Below, in pieces: positions 1 through 12,049 of a DNA stretch of 64,000 bases. The position numbers were made by a program, and so were the translations under genes. Source of the stretch: Azolla caroliniana (Eukaryota; Plantae; Polypodiophyta); NCBI GenBank assembly GCA_043228905.1, contig JBHGNT010000006.1, positions 17,732,001 to 17,796,000 of the forward strand, read 5' to 3'. Positions within the stretch are counted from its first letter, which is position 1; each line of letters begins with the position of its first letter. The notes beneath the pieces were generated by a model that had not been told where the DNA came from, ran no database searches, and worked only from the letters and a program-made list of their open reading frames with translations.

Positions 1-252
1 TCTCAATTATATCACAAACTTTACAACCAATGTTTTTTATAAGAAACGATATTCATAGGAATCGAAAGAATTCAAAACACATGCTTTTATATTACTTGAT
101 TTGTTACATGTGGAAGGTAGTTACACTAAATAGCCAAAAATACATTCATGATCACTCCTTTACAGAGAATCACTACTATAGCTAATATACAATGAGGATT
201 CCTCCTCGTCATCCTCAGATGTACCAATCAATGCCTTATCTTCATCATAAAC

Positions 253-730
253 CTAATGGTGTGACTCTAGATTATGTGCAACAGATCTCATTTGCCTTCG
301 ACTCGAGCCACCTTCTAGACCTGGTAATTTTTCTTTTATTATACCTATTGTTGGCTTCCTTAAACGTCCAACTTTTGTAAGCGTGAAATTGTACACGATG
401 ATATCCACATCAAAGATATCAAGGGTCGAGGTGTTATGAATGCTTCGCTTCCTCTTCCTACTTTCCCTTGTCGTCGGGCATTCCATCATCTCCAATGTAT
501 ACTTACCCGTAAAAGCATTTTAACTTCTAGTGTTCTACCAATGCACTTTTATAGACTTGATCGTGTTTTCTATTTCATGCATCAACACTTCTAGAATTTT
601 ACCAATCCAAAAGTGGTGGCCTTGGTTGTTGTTATCAGTAGGTGTTGCATCCCCACCACGAGCTCTTGCAAATTGCCTAGCCATCTAGCTTCAACTGCTT
701 TGGTCATCCTTGTTCCCACATAAATGTCTC
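253..730 (-). pseudogene. 3' fragment of a decayed protein gene, possibly the C-terminal beta-barrel (Tudor/BAH-like) tail of a DNA-transposon protein
   Basis: Reading through a frameshift and stops gives ..ARWLGNLQELVVGM..HHFWIGKILEV..IKVHW*..FTGKYTLEM..VYNFTLTKVGRLRKPTIGII. The family assignment rests on pattern resemblance only. Confidence 0.4.
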
Positions 731-770
731 TTTGTTGTGGTCCAAAATGTGTATTATATAAAAAATCTAT

Positions 771-2620
771 TTGTATTTGTATACATATAGTCTACGACGT
801 CAATGTCTTCATGAGGTTGGCATTGTTGTTGACGATAATGTTAACGTAGACGGTCTTCGTAAGTACGAGTCATGGTTTCAACTAGCCTTTAGAGATGGGG
901 AACTCTCGGAACTTCAAGATCAAATTTTTTCAATGTGGGAGAATAAGGAGGTAAATGGTTAACAACAAAGAAAAGGTAGAGTAGACCCCCAACTCGAATT
1001 GAAATCCCAAGCGGCGAAAAAAATTGACCTAACAATTGAAGAAGCGGTCGACGACATGAAGTTGTCTCCGTGGAGAGCAATGCAAGGTATTAAGGATGAG
1101 CAACTATTAGTGTCAGTGTTGTGAGGGGTTGTGGCCAAAGAATTGAGCCAAGAAGAGATGGTCACTTAGTGCAACAAGTAAGTTTTGTCAAATAGTTAAA
1201 TGAGACAGTTACAGTTTTATATAAAGTTCTAATCTCTATTGGTGATTTCACAGTCAAAGGTATATATGAAGATCCAAGAGGTTATGATGAAACAACTTGG
1301 GAACAAGTGATTGAAGATTATCCTCTAACGTCTTCATATAAGGCGTTATCTGAATATTTCATTGCATTCAAGGATTGGGTTAGTATTCGTCTTTCATAAT
1401 ATGTAAATGTTGTCTATTAATAGTCAATGCCTTATTTTCGCTATTAGAAACCTTGTCATGGCAAGAAACCAGGAAAAGTCAAGGATATACATGACTTTCC
1501 AATAGATTCCTTCCTTGCACATCTCCAGAGAGCCAGAAAGGAAAAAGATCCTCGCTTACTCAAGGCATATGAAATTGAAGAAGATGGCTCCTTCAAAAAA
1601 ATTAGCCACAAGAAAGACATTACAAAAGATCTCTACTATAATGTAATCTGTGGCGATGTCATAAAGATGATGGAGAAAGTGCCAAAGAATGACTATACAC
1701 TTTTGATTGCAGATATACCTAGTGATGGATTTCGAATAGCTAGATCATCATACGATGATGAACCATTCAGGTTCAAACTATTAGAAAAAATGGTTAAAGA
1801 TTTTGCTGAGCTGACAATTACATCCTTGTGGAGGATAGTTGTGTTTCATATCATGGACCAAGGGTACTCAGTAGCTCAAGCAATGAGATTTCATTGCCAC
1901 GGCATCGAGAACCTTGATTGGTAAGGATTAGTTATAAGTCTCATTCACCACATATTAGTTCTTAATTTATCAAATCTATTCTTAACTCACCTACTATTTA
2001 TTATAGGACAAAAACCAACGTGAATAGAGGACCGAACTTTCGGCTCGTAAATGTGACTGGTTCGTTACTTCGACGAAATAAAGAAACAAAGAATCAAGGA
2101 ACAGTCTAATGAAGTTGGAGGTTCAAACCTACTGGTATATCCAACAGTCACATGCAAACCTGCTGGTATATCCAGCAGATTGGATATTAGACCTACTTTC
2201 TGGCACAGGTATCATTTGAATTGGATTTAGGTTGCTAATATAATCAATATCGATTCTTATGGTTGGATAATTGAGTCTTCTTGCCCATTTCTTTACAGGT
2301 ACATTGTCTGCATGAATTGAAGCTCTTCAGAAATACGGTAGCATTGGAGACAAACGAGGAACAGGTTATATTTATAAATATGAGGATTAAGGCCTTGTGG
2401 GAACGTCGAGACTAGGATGAGGAGGTTGATGCAAAGCACATCGCTGATACGGAACGGTTTCAATCGGCTTCCCGAGAGCCTATTCCTCTGTTAGCTAGGT
2501 AACCGGGGAGGTAATTGAGCTTGATGACGAGCTTACAAAAGATCTTATGGTTGCTCAGCTAACAGGAGAAGACAATGCGCAGATAGCTTATGAGACTTCT
2601 CAGACTAAGGGAAGATGACG
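771..2620 (+). pseudogene. Spliced pseudogene of a beta-class amino (N4-cytosine/N6-adenine) DNA methyltransferase
   Basis: Exon 1448-1920: YNVICGDVIKMMEKVPKNDYTLLIADIP (motif IV region). Spliced W-TKTN from 2007. PADWILDLLSGTG at 2172-2208 (motif I, FxGxG-like). KLFRNTVALETNEEQVIFINMR after 2299. GT-AG introns at 1178-1253, 1379-1447, 1921-2006 and 2209-2298. Stops and frameshifts are present. Confidence 0.75.
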
Positions 2621-2802
2621 ATAATGACGTTGATGATTTGATTGTTATATAATAGAATGTTTTTTTGATGAAGTGTAAACTTATGAATTCCAAGTTCTAA
2701 TATAAATTTTGGGTTCTTCCATTCGTGTAATCCATTATTTACATTGTTCTATATGTTTCAACTATATTCCTATACACTTGGTTTGTTGACTTATGATTTC
2801 AT

Positions 2803-5760
2803 GTAGTTATTTGGTTTTTGTTACTCTTAGAGTATAAGAGTATTGTATTCTTTTCTTATTAGTATATTGAAGCATTCTTTTTTCCTCCTCCTCTCTTCTC
2901 TATCATTTTTCTCTATCTCTTCATCATTTTGGCACTCCAGGGAGGGTCGATCCTTTCCGTATAACGGGAGGAACGGTTGGCCACTCATTGATGGTTGGAT
3001 CTACCGATTCATCATCAAACTGATGGCAAGATATGGAGTTCGCGATGCGACAGATCTACGAAGAGAACTTTTCCAATTGCGTATGGTTTCATCAATGTGC
3101 TACCTCGACTATGAGAAGACATTTTTGGATATATGGTCCACTTGGATTCGACTTGTTGGAGGTGTTGAAGATGTATACTTCAAGATGCAAAGATTCAAAG
3201 CAGGGCTAGATCCATATTTTCAATATGAAGTGCATATGAATTACCCAAGGTCTTTCCATGATTTGCTTCAAGTATGTCAAAGTTTTGATCAACAATTGAA
3301 GAAATTGTTATTCGGTGAAGCATATGGAGTATTGACGTCATATACCATAAATCCAAGCTATAATAATTGTGGATCGGTCATGAGCCAACAACCAGCATAC
3401 TTGCAATGTCTGATTCAACAGGCTCCCTCATATCATTATTCTAATTTTTGGAGTTATAATGATGTCTATGAAGGTGATTCCAGAGACAAAGAAGAAGAGG
3501 TGATGAATGTGGAATTCCCCCATCTAGTTCATGAGGACAACCATGATATAAAGAATGATGATGTGAAAGACGAATCCAAGGAGATTGTTATGAGAAGCGA
3601 TGCTATGGATGGTGATGCCAATGTACATCATGTTGAGGACATTATTGATACAACAAGAGATATGGTGGTTGATGATGAATATGTGCAAGATGAAATGGAA
3701 GATACGACATAAAAAGTTGTTGATGGTAAAGTACCCACAACGGAGTTGCAAGATGACGAAGGTAACCTCAAAGTGATAGCTAGAGATTGGCTTTTGGAGA
3801 TCAATGCGTGTAACGAAGCATTGGTAAGTGCCAAGTTGCAGTGTATGAAGGTGTTCGTGCAAGATTTGTGTTTTGGATTTGCATTGAGTAGCAGCAAAGT
3901 TATGTGGGCATCGACTCTTCAACAACAATTTGATCAAGAGCCAAGAGAATTACTTGTAATGCATGATTGGAGTATCATGAACTTATCACCATGAAAGGCT
4001 CCACAACAACTAATCAAATGTATAAAGGAGAAGGAATCATCTATCGACAATGGCAAGCAAGAAGAGGAAAGCATAACAATTGATGAATTTTCATGGGATA
4101 GGGAAAACAAATCATTCCACATGGTGTCTAACAAGGAAGAAGAAGTCATTAAAGAGAAAAGTATTATGACTTTGGGGGAAAAAGAAAAGATGATTTCCAA
4201 AAATATTCGAGGAGAGCATCAAAGGTTTATTTCTCTTATTTCTAAGTTTCCAAAGTTATTCATAATTGACTATTCACAGATAAGAGGAGAAGACATCAAG
4301 CACCACATCAAGTTGGAAGATTTGAAGTTTGTCTCACCTATTGTTGTGGTTCCAAAGAAGAATGACATCAACTTCAAACCCTTGATTGATTCAACCAAAC
4401 GAGATCAGTTTTTGCTTCCTTTTCGAGATGAGATTCTAGATGAAATGGTCATACATACAAAACAAGGTAGTGTGGAGAATTTCGTGTGCCAAGAAGGAAT
4501 TTATATGGATAAATCAAAGATCGAAGAAATTCAAAAGGTGACAACTCCAACAAGTCTCAAAGCTTTGAAGGTGTTTGTGCAAAAAGTTTGATCGCTTGAA
4601 AGATTTATTCATATGTTGACATGCTTACTTCTATCAAGAGTTATGATCCAATGGTCCACCTAGTATTTGGAGAGTTGAGGAAGATATAATAATTGTTGTA
4701 ACCTCTTTCTTTGTGTTGACAAGGAGAAAGATGGCGATGGCAATTGTCAATGTGTGTGTGCGTGTAGGAGTGTGAGGTTTTTCCTACCGACTAGCGGGGG
4801 TTTTACTCACATAATTAGTTTCTTTTTATTTATTCTCTCCTTCTTTTTCTATTGCCATGAATAAAGCGAAGGAGAATTTTTGGTTTTATTAGTAGCTTAG
4901 GGTTCACCATAAATGGTTCACCAAAAAGCAAGGATGGGGGCTAAATGTGAAGTCAATTTTTGCTCATAGGAAAATACCGTGACAAATACATTGGATGCAA
5001 AGGTATAGAAGAATAAAGCACAATATGAAAGGTTCAAAAGGTAAAAGATAAATGAAATTGAAGAGAAATAAAGTTAGACGCGTTTTTCAAAAGTAGAAAA
5101 AGCAGAAAAAAAGAAAAAGAAAAAAACGCAGGAAATTAAGTCGAAAAAGCAAGGTAAAGAAAAAAGCTCATAACTTCTTCATCTCTTATCCAAATTTCAA
5201 AAGAAAAGATTCGTAAGAAAGCTGACAAAGAGAAATTTCTTGTATGAAAATATTGGATCAAAACCCAGAAATAATTATATGAAAAACGCACCACACAAAC
5301 TAGAGGATATGTAAAAGAAAAGAAAAGAAAAAAGCAAGAATAACGCAACTAAAAACCTATAAGTATGAGGGGATTCTTAGACATTAAGGGGAAGGAGGAA
5401 GAATAGAATATCTACAAGGATAGAATTTCTACATGAAGAAGCGAAGAAGAAGAAGTGAGGAAGAAGAAGAAGATTAGAAGAAGTGGGAAGACGATTAGTA
5501 GAAGAAAGAGAGAAGGCAAAAAGACTATTTTAGTAATAGTATATTGAAGAAGGTAGAAAGAATAAGAGGGTTATAAGAAGATTAGTAGAACAAAGGGTGA
5601 AGAAGGAAAGAATTTTTTGTCTAATATTATATTTAAGTAGTTATTTGGTTTTTGTTACTCTTAGAGTATAAGAGTATTGTATTCTTTTCTTATTAGTATA
5701 TTGAAGAATTCTTTTTTCCTCCTCCTCTCTTCTCTATCATTTTTCTATATCTCTTCATCA
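2803..5760 (+). mobile_element. Non-autonomous, decayed Ty3/gypsy LTR element with a truncated 5' LTR
   Basis: 2803-2926 matches 5637-5760. TGG-starting PBS-like tggcactccaggg follows 2926. Gag-like and RT remnants (FVSPIVVVPKKN; DQFLLPFRDEILD). PPT aaggatgggggc at ~4930. Confidence 0.8.
4946..5760 (+). repeat. 3' LTR (TG..CA)
   Basis: Begins tgtgaag just after the PPT and ends cttcatca. Its last 124 bp are duplicated at 2803-2926. Confidence 0.8.
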
Positions 5761-6500
5761 CATAGCTTTATCTATCACTTGCTCCAGTGATTGATTTCGG
5801 AAATCGGACACTGCTAAAGTTGTTTGAAGAGGTTCACGTATAGCCTCCAGGAAAATATCCGTCAATTCCTCTTCTGGAATGGGGCGCAAAATCTAGAGTC
5901 GTAAATTCTAAAATCAAATCACAAATTGTGATACCGTTTCATGTGACTCCTAATAGGCCGCATAGAACTAACCTATTAGATCCTTTTGTAGGATCTGCAA
6001 ATGAAACAATTGTGTGAATCTCGCAGCTAATTGTTCAAATGAGTTGAATGCTTTTGGCCCGTTCTGGATAGACCATCAAGTGATAAGACGAACTCAACAA
6101 TTTTTTTCCTCGGCTACTGCCGACAGTCGCTACGCCACATTGTTCACCTCCCATGTGGTCAGAAAATAACTAATATGCACTTTCTCATCAACGCCATCTT
6201 GATATTTTGAGTAGGGGTAAGGCATAGTATCGTCTCCCCAAATGTCAAAAAAAGAACTTTGATCAAACTGCTCCTCACCTGAATGATTATCAGTTAAATT
6301 CGGAATTCTAATCCACTCCTAATCAGCTTGCTGTTGATTCTCATGGCTATGTTCGAAATTGTCAACACTACCTTCTACTACACATTGACACTTTGCTCAT
6401 GTGCGAGGTTGTTTATGGCCAAGAGGTATTTTCAGACTAGATGACATCCATTCCACCTTCTTCTCTGCCTATTGCAGATGTAATCGGGTGTGCCAAAATT
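5761..6500 (-). pseudogene. Decayed gypsy gag fragment, same group as the gag at ~62 kb
   Basis: Minus strand reads ETVSQFVI..PIPEEELTDIFLEAIREPLQTTLAV..QVIDKAM, similar to ESIPQFVI..PPEEELRTIFLNALREPL at 62.2 kb. An LTR-like AT-rich stretch follows at ~6.6-6.96 kb. Confidence 0.65.
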
Positions 6501-7363
6501 ATTGTGTTGTTTGGCTGACAATCGGTTACTGTACGTAGCCGACACAATAAGAAGAAAGTTCCAATGCGAACGTTCTCTCAAGATGATTGTGGTAGAAGGA
6601 TGGATAGATGTATTAGTCAGTAAAGAAGACTTGTTGTCTGAGTAACTATGATCGACTATTAGATCTTAATATAATTACTTCGAGAGCAAAGCAATTCAAA
6701 AGTCAACACTTAGAATAACAATGAGTAGAGAGACTTGTGGACACACAGATACTCTAACCACTAACTATATTAATTTCTGAAATAGAATGATAGCTTTACA
6801 ATGCTTTCGGTCCCTTATTTATAGGTAAAATCGAGAGTCTCTTTTCCAAGATTACACCTGCCTATATTCGGCAAGAACTAACACAAATCTATTTAACTAA
6901 TTCTAAGATATACTTTCTAAATGGCAAAATAAATACTTCTGACTCATTGATCCGACTCTGACTCTTCTATACTCCCAGCATCGTCGACTCACATCCTTTC
7001 ACACTTGTCCGATTTTGACTTCCCAACCCTGTAGCCGACCGACTAACATGAGGGGTGTCATTGCCAGTTACAACGACCCCAACAACTCCAGCTTCTCCAT
7101 AGTCGAGAAGCACTCCTTCTGATTCGTCATCTGGTTCGATGCGCTTGAATCCACATACCACACCTCATTCTACCTTGAGGTGTTCACCACCATCGAGTTG
7201 GCTTTGTGCTTCATTACGAAGGTTGGGCCCATTTCGGCTCGCCCTTAGCCTTCGCCGTAATGCGACCTCTAATGCCTATCTGCGTTGTCGTGAAGATTTT
7301 CGGCAACAGTGTGAAAATCGTGTAGAAAGGAGAAAACTGAGAAGGTTTCTTGCACTGTGCACA

Positions 7364-7793
7364 TGTCATGAATCTGTGAACATTATGCTTCACCTGGACT
7401 TGAACCCAGCACATCGTATTACGAAATTCGAAGCCTAACTATAGTGAAATGATAAAGGCTACTTTTCATAGTGACTATTTTATCAAAGAAACTTCCAGAA
7501 CTTTCTAGAAATCTTCTGGAACATCCTAGAATATTCTAGGTCCATAACATTCTAGAACATTCTAGAAATCTCTAAGATATTCTAAAGAAACCTATAAATA
7601 GAGACAAATAGATCATATCAAATCAGTTCGAATCAACACCAATCTTCAGATTCAAGCCTACCTTGTATCCAACTCATCCTTGTACACATTCTATTCTAAT
7701 AAACCCACTCTCCTCTTATCAATCCATTCTCCTCTCCTCTTCTATTCTCTTATACCTTCCTTCAATCGTTCAATTTCTTGCTTTGTTTTGATA
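7364..7793 (+). repeat. Chromovirus family 'A' LTR (+ copy)
   Basis: Reverse complement of 12050-12484. TATA at ~7593 and a TTCTAGAA array. Confidence 0.85.
7488..7590 (+). promoter_or_regulatory. Heat-shock-element (nGAAn) array upstream of the LTR TATA box
   Basis: ttccagaactttctagaaatcttctggaacatcctagaatattctag..ttctagaacattctagaa, a ~10-bp periodic TTCnnGAA pattern directly before cctataaata. Confidence 0.7.
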
Positions 7794-9920
7794 GTTTGAT
7801 TCGAATAGTTTTATTCTTATTTGCCATATCAATTGCACCTTCTAGTGACACTCAAGGGAAGTCACAGGTCTACATTCCTAAAAAGTACAAAGAATATGTT
7901 GACGTCTTCGACAAAGTCAAAGCTAGTGTACTTCCACAACATCGGCCATACGATTGTCCCATTGATCTACACCCAAGAAAAGAACCACCATGGGGTCCAA
8001 TCTACAATCTCTCACCAATGGAGCTTGAGGTTCTTCGAGCATACATTGACGAGAATCTTGCAAGTGGGTTTATTCGACATTCAAAGTCTCCAGCTGGTGC
8101 TCCTACCTTTCTCTTGAAGAAAAAGGATGGCTCACTTCGTTCGGTGGCCTCATTTACAACAATTTGTTGAAGATTACATTCGCACATGTGACACATGTTG
8201 TCGAGCCAAAATGCCTAAGCATCATCCTTATGGGTTGTTACAACCATTGCCGACTCCGAGCAAGCCATGACAGTCAAGTTCCATGGATTTCATTATCGAT
8301 CTGCCACCTTCACAAGGTTTTGATGCGATTTTAACCGTAGTGGATCGATTTACCAAGATGACACATTTTTTGCCCTGCGTAAAGAGCATCAGTAGTCAAG
8401 AAACAACATATATCATTATGCGTGAAGTATTTCGCCATCATGGTCTTCCAAATGACATAATTAGTGATCGTGGTCCGCAATTTATCTCTCACTTTTGGAA
8501 GCACCTATGTAACGGGCTCCGAATCTCTTGCAACCTGTCTTCAGCATATCATGCCAAAACTGATGGCTAAACAAAGTGCACAAATCCAGAATGCTTATCT
8601 TTCAAATGAAATTTAATTGAAGAATATGGGTTTGGTCACTCATCTCGAATGACAAAGAAGGATTTAATGGATTGGGTGGAGTCTACTAACAAAGAGTTCA
8701 GTGCGAGTGCGACGCTCAACGAAATTAGCAAATATTTGATTGTCTGCTTGCACTTGACCAAACGCTTCTCAATTCCAACAAGGTGCTCCTATTTATCAAA
8801 TCAGTAGATGTGGCAGATCGAAGAGATCTTGGACTACTACTAGAAAATGATGAAGGCCTCATTTCTAATTGGGCTCCAGTGAAGAGAGCGTGTGGACGAG
8901 GTGATAAGCGCGTGAAAATTTTGTTAATGGCCTAGAGTAGGAGGTAGCCTCCATTCTCGATTCTAAGATTGTGCACAATAAGGTGTATTATCTAGTTGAT
9001 TGGCTAGGGTATACCCTGAGCCATGGCTCGGAGATCAACATCATGTCTCTTGACTTCTATCTAAAAGGTCGTTGGCCCATTAACACTAGGCATGGGTGGA
9101 AGATTCGATCGACAACAAAGAACAACTCTACTATAAACCTAAACGGTTGATTCCTTACGAGCACAAGTCACCGGATTCATCCTCCCCGGTCAAAGACTGC
9201 GGTGGTCCCGTTCAACTGACCTACCTGCGTGTATTTCCACAACATAAGATTTGGTGAACCACGTGGTCGTGGGTTCGGTTTCGATGGTGTATATTCGAAA
9301 CTCCGGAGTTACCCACAAAGCCTTGTGCAGAGGATCATTTGGAGCGGTTACGCAAGATATAGGCAGATTTATCTACTAATTTACAACAAGTTCAACAAAC
9401 ACACAACAATTATGTGGATTGACATCGTCTTCCATCCAGTTTTAACATTGGAGATCTAGTATGGCTATTACGACGAGACGTCAAGACTACTCGCCCATGC
9501 GATAAATTGGATTATCGGCGATTGGGTCCTTTCCGTATTATCAGAAAAATTAATGATGGCTCTTTTTGTCTCGATCTACCTCCGCAACTACAGATACATC
9601 AGGTATCTCATAGGTCTCTTCTAGAACCATATTAGGACAGCACTATCCGAGGTCGTATCAAAGCACCTCCACTTCCGATGTAACTTGAAGATGGACTTGA
9701 GGATGAGGTTGCCGCCATCCTTGATTCCAAGATTGTTCGCAACAAGCTCTACTATTTGGTTGATTGGCTAGGATGTAGCTCTAGCGTGCCTACTTGAGAA
9801 CCAATAGAGAATCTAACCAATGCTCGTGCTCTTCTTGAAGACTTCCATTGTCAATATACAGACAAACAAGGTCCTCAATCCAAAACGACTCGTAACACTG
9901 TCGTTTTAAAAGGGGGATAG
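7794..9920 (+). pseudogene. Mosaic of retroelement fragments (chromovirus RT start, integrase, chromodomain; E-type gag, protease, LTR end and PBS)
   Basis: Each 100-450 bp piece matches a longer copy elsewhere in the window (21.2-21.5 kb, 13.3-13.7 kb, 28.6-28.97 kb, 12.6-12.7 kb, 30.06-30.15 kb, 33.23-33.33 kb). Confidence 0.75.
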
Positions 9921-10318
9921 TGTCATGATATGCCAAGATTCGAACCAATGTCCTTATATTACATGGGTCGAGCCCTTGCTATTAGACTATATATTATAAT
10001 ACAAACGATATTATTTCCATTTATTATTTCAGTATAGAAAATTGATGTATATTTCCAGATTTCTTTGGAACATTCTAGAAAGTTCAGAGTACTCTTGAAA
10101 ACACTATAAAAGGTGGCATAAGGCATTAATTTGAACCAAATCGGTTCAATGCCAGTCTTAAGCCTCATAGTTATTCTTGTACTTACTGTTCATATATTAT
10201 AATATATCTTTTGTTATCATCATTCTCTCTCTCTCTCTCTCTCCTTCTCTCGTGAATTATACACCCTTTTCTCTCCCTTAGTACTAATTCCCTCTATGTC
10301 TTAGAACTATTCCTGACA
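9921..10318 (+). repeat. 3' LTR of a second chromovirus family ('D')
   Basis: Follows a chromodomain remnant (YYLVDWLG) and PPT aaaagggggatag. Termini tgtca...tgaca, TATA at ~10105. Confidence 0.7.
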
Positions 10319-10563
10319 CTTACAAGCACAAATCACCCGATTCATCGTCCCCGGTCAAAGACCATGTTGATCCCATTTAATCAGCCCGCAAGCGCGGATT
10401 TCCGGAACATAAGATTTGGTGAACCTAGCGTGAAGAATGGCAATGGAGGATGGTCGATACTTCAAGTGCTCAGGACTCCAATGATAGTCTAGCACAAGCA
10501 ATGGCGAAGATGATGGACCAAATGCTTCAAGCGAGAGACAACGTCGCGGGCCTTGATGTTGCC

Positions 10564-10985
10564 TATCAGAACAAAGCAAGAGATTGAACGATTGCAGGAA
10601 GGTATAAGAGAATAGAAGAAGAGAGGAGAATGGATTGATAAGAGAAGAGTGGGTTTATTAGAATAGAATGAGTACAAGGATGAATTGGATACAAGGTAGG
10701 CTTGGAGCTGAAGACTAGTGTTGATTCGAACTGATTTGATATGATCTATTTGTCTCTATTTATTCTATAGAATAGTTTAGAGATTTCTAGAATGTTCTAG
10801 AATGTTATGGACCTAGAATATTCTAGGATGTTCTAGAAGATTTCTAGAATATTCTAGTAAGTTCCAGAAGTTTCTCTGATACAATAATCACTATGAAAAG
10901 TAGCCTTTATCATTTCACGTTCTAATAGTTTACCTTAATGGTTAGGCTTTGAATTTCGTAATATGAAGTCTTGGGTTCAAGTTCA
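10564..10985 (-). repeat. Family A LTR (- copy, truncated)
   Basis: Matches 12050-12484. Left flank TTGCC equals the flank at 28459-28463. Confidence 0.8.
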
Positions 10986-10989
10986 TTAG

Positions 10990-12049
10990 CAAAATGTCCA
11001 CACGCTCTCTTCATTACCGCCCAAGTAGAAGTGAGGCCTTCATCATTTTCTAGTAGTAGTCCAAGATCTCTTCAATCTGTCACATCTACTGATTTGATAA
11101 ATAGGAGCACCTTGCTAGAATCGAAAATTGTTTAGTCAAGTGCAGGTAGACGACCAAATCTTTGCTCAAATTCATTGAGCGTCACACTCGCACTGAACTC
11201 TTTGTTAGTATACTCCACCCAATCCATTAAATCCGTCTTTGTCATTCGAGATGAGTGACCAAAGCATCCGGATGCTTTGATGGTAAATTTCATTTGAATA
11301 AGCATTCTGGATTGGCCTCTTGTAGCTCTACGACCTGGGTGTAAAGACTTGAAGTTACAATCCTCAAGACGCTTGCCACTTGTCTCACCATGGGAATACC
11401 CTTTTTCCGCATTCTTGTTTTGTAGGCTTCAATGTATTGTGTCACATCTTTACCATCAAAGCATCCGTTGTCGTCCATGATCCTATCGGTGGCAACATCA
11501 AGGCCTCCGATGTTGTCTCTCACTTGAAGCATTGCATCCATCATCTTCGCCATTGCTTGTGCTAGACTATCATTGGGGTCTCTAGCACTTGACTTAAATG
11601 TTGAGAAACAAGACACGCCACCAATAAGATAACTAGGTTTTTATTATTAATATCTTGATTCAGTAAATAACTTCCTTCCTTCCCCTTACTTTCTCTTTTG
11701 TCCTTTCTTTTATAGATACCCCCATGCATATGATGCATGTCAGGGTGTAAGTCATGCATAGAATGCATGAAATGCATGCAATACATGAAATGCATGCAAT
11801 ACATGAAATGCATGCAATGCATGATTGCAATTTGGCACTCATGCATCACATGTGATTAATGATAACCATCCCACTCACTCAAGCTCTCATTTATGAGAAT
11901 TTACATGTCAAAAGTACAATGATGAAAATAGACCTTAAAGAAACAACTTAGCCTAATTGTATGTCAATTGTCTCCTATGTTGGAGGTGTAAGCTTCAAAA
12001 CCCATGTGCTAATATATGAGTGTAACCATCACCCCTTTCATGCGTGTGT
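10990..12049 (-). pseudogene. Inverted E-type gag fragment plus the middle part of an E-type LTR
   Basis: 11290-11616 ORF (FDGKDVTQYIEAYK) matches the gag at 28.5 kb. 11590-12049 is the reverse complement of ~31700-32105. Confidence 0.75.

Noticed and set aside
11562-11849. Met/His/Cys-rich ORFs (metallothionein-like)
   Set aside because: They are translations of the 18-bp CATG repeat in an LTR.
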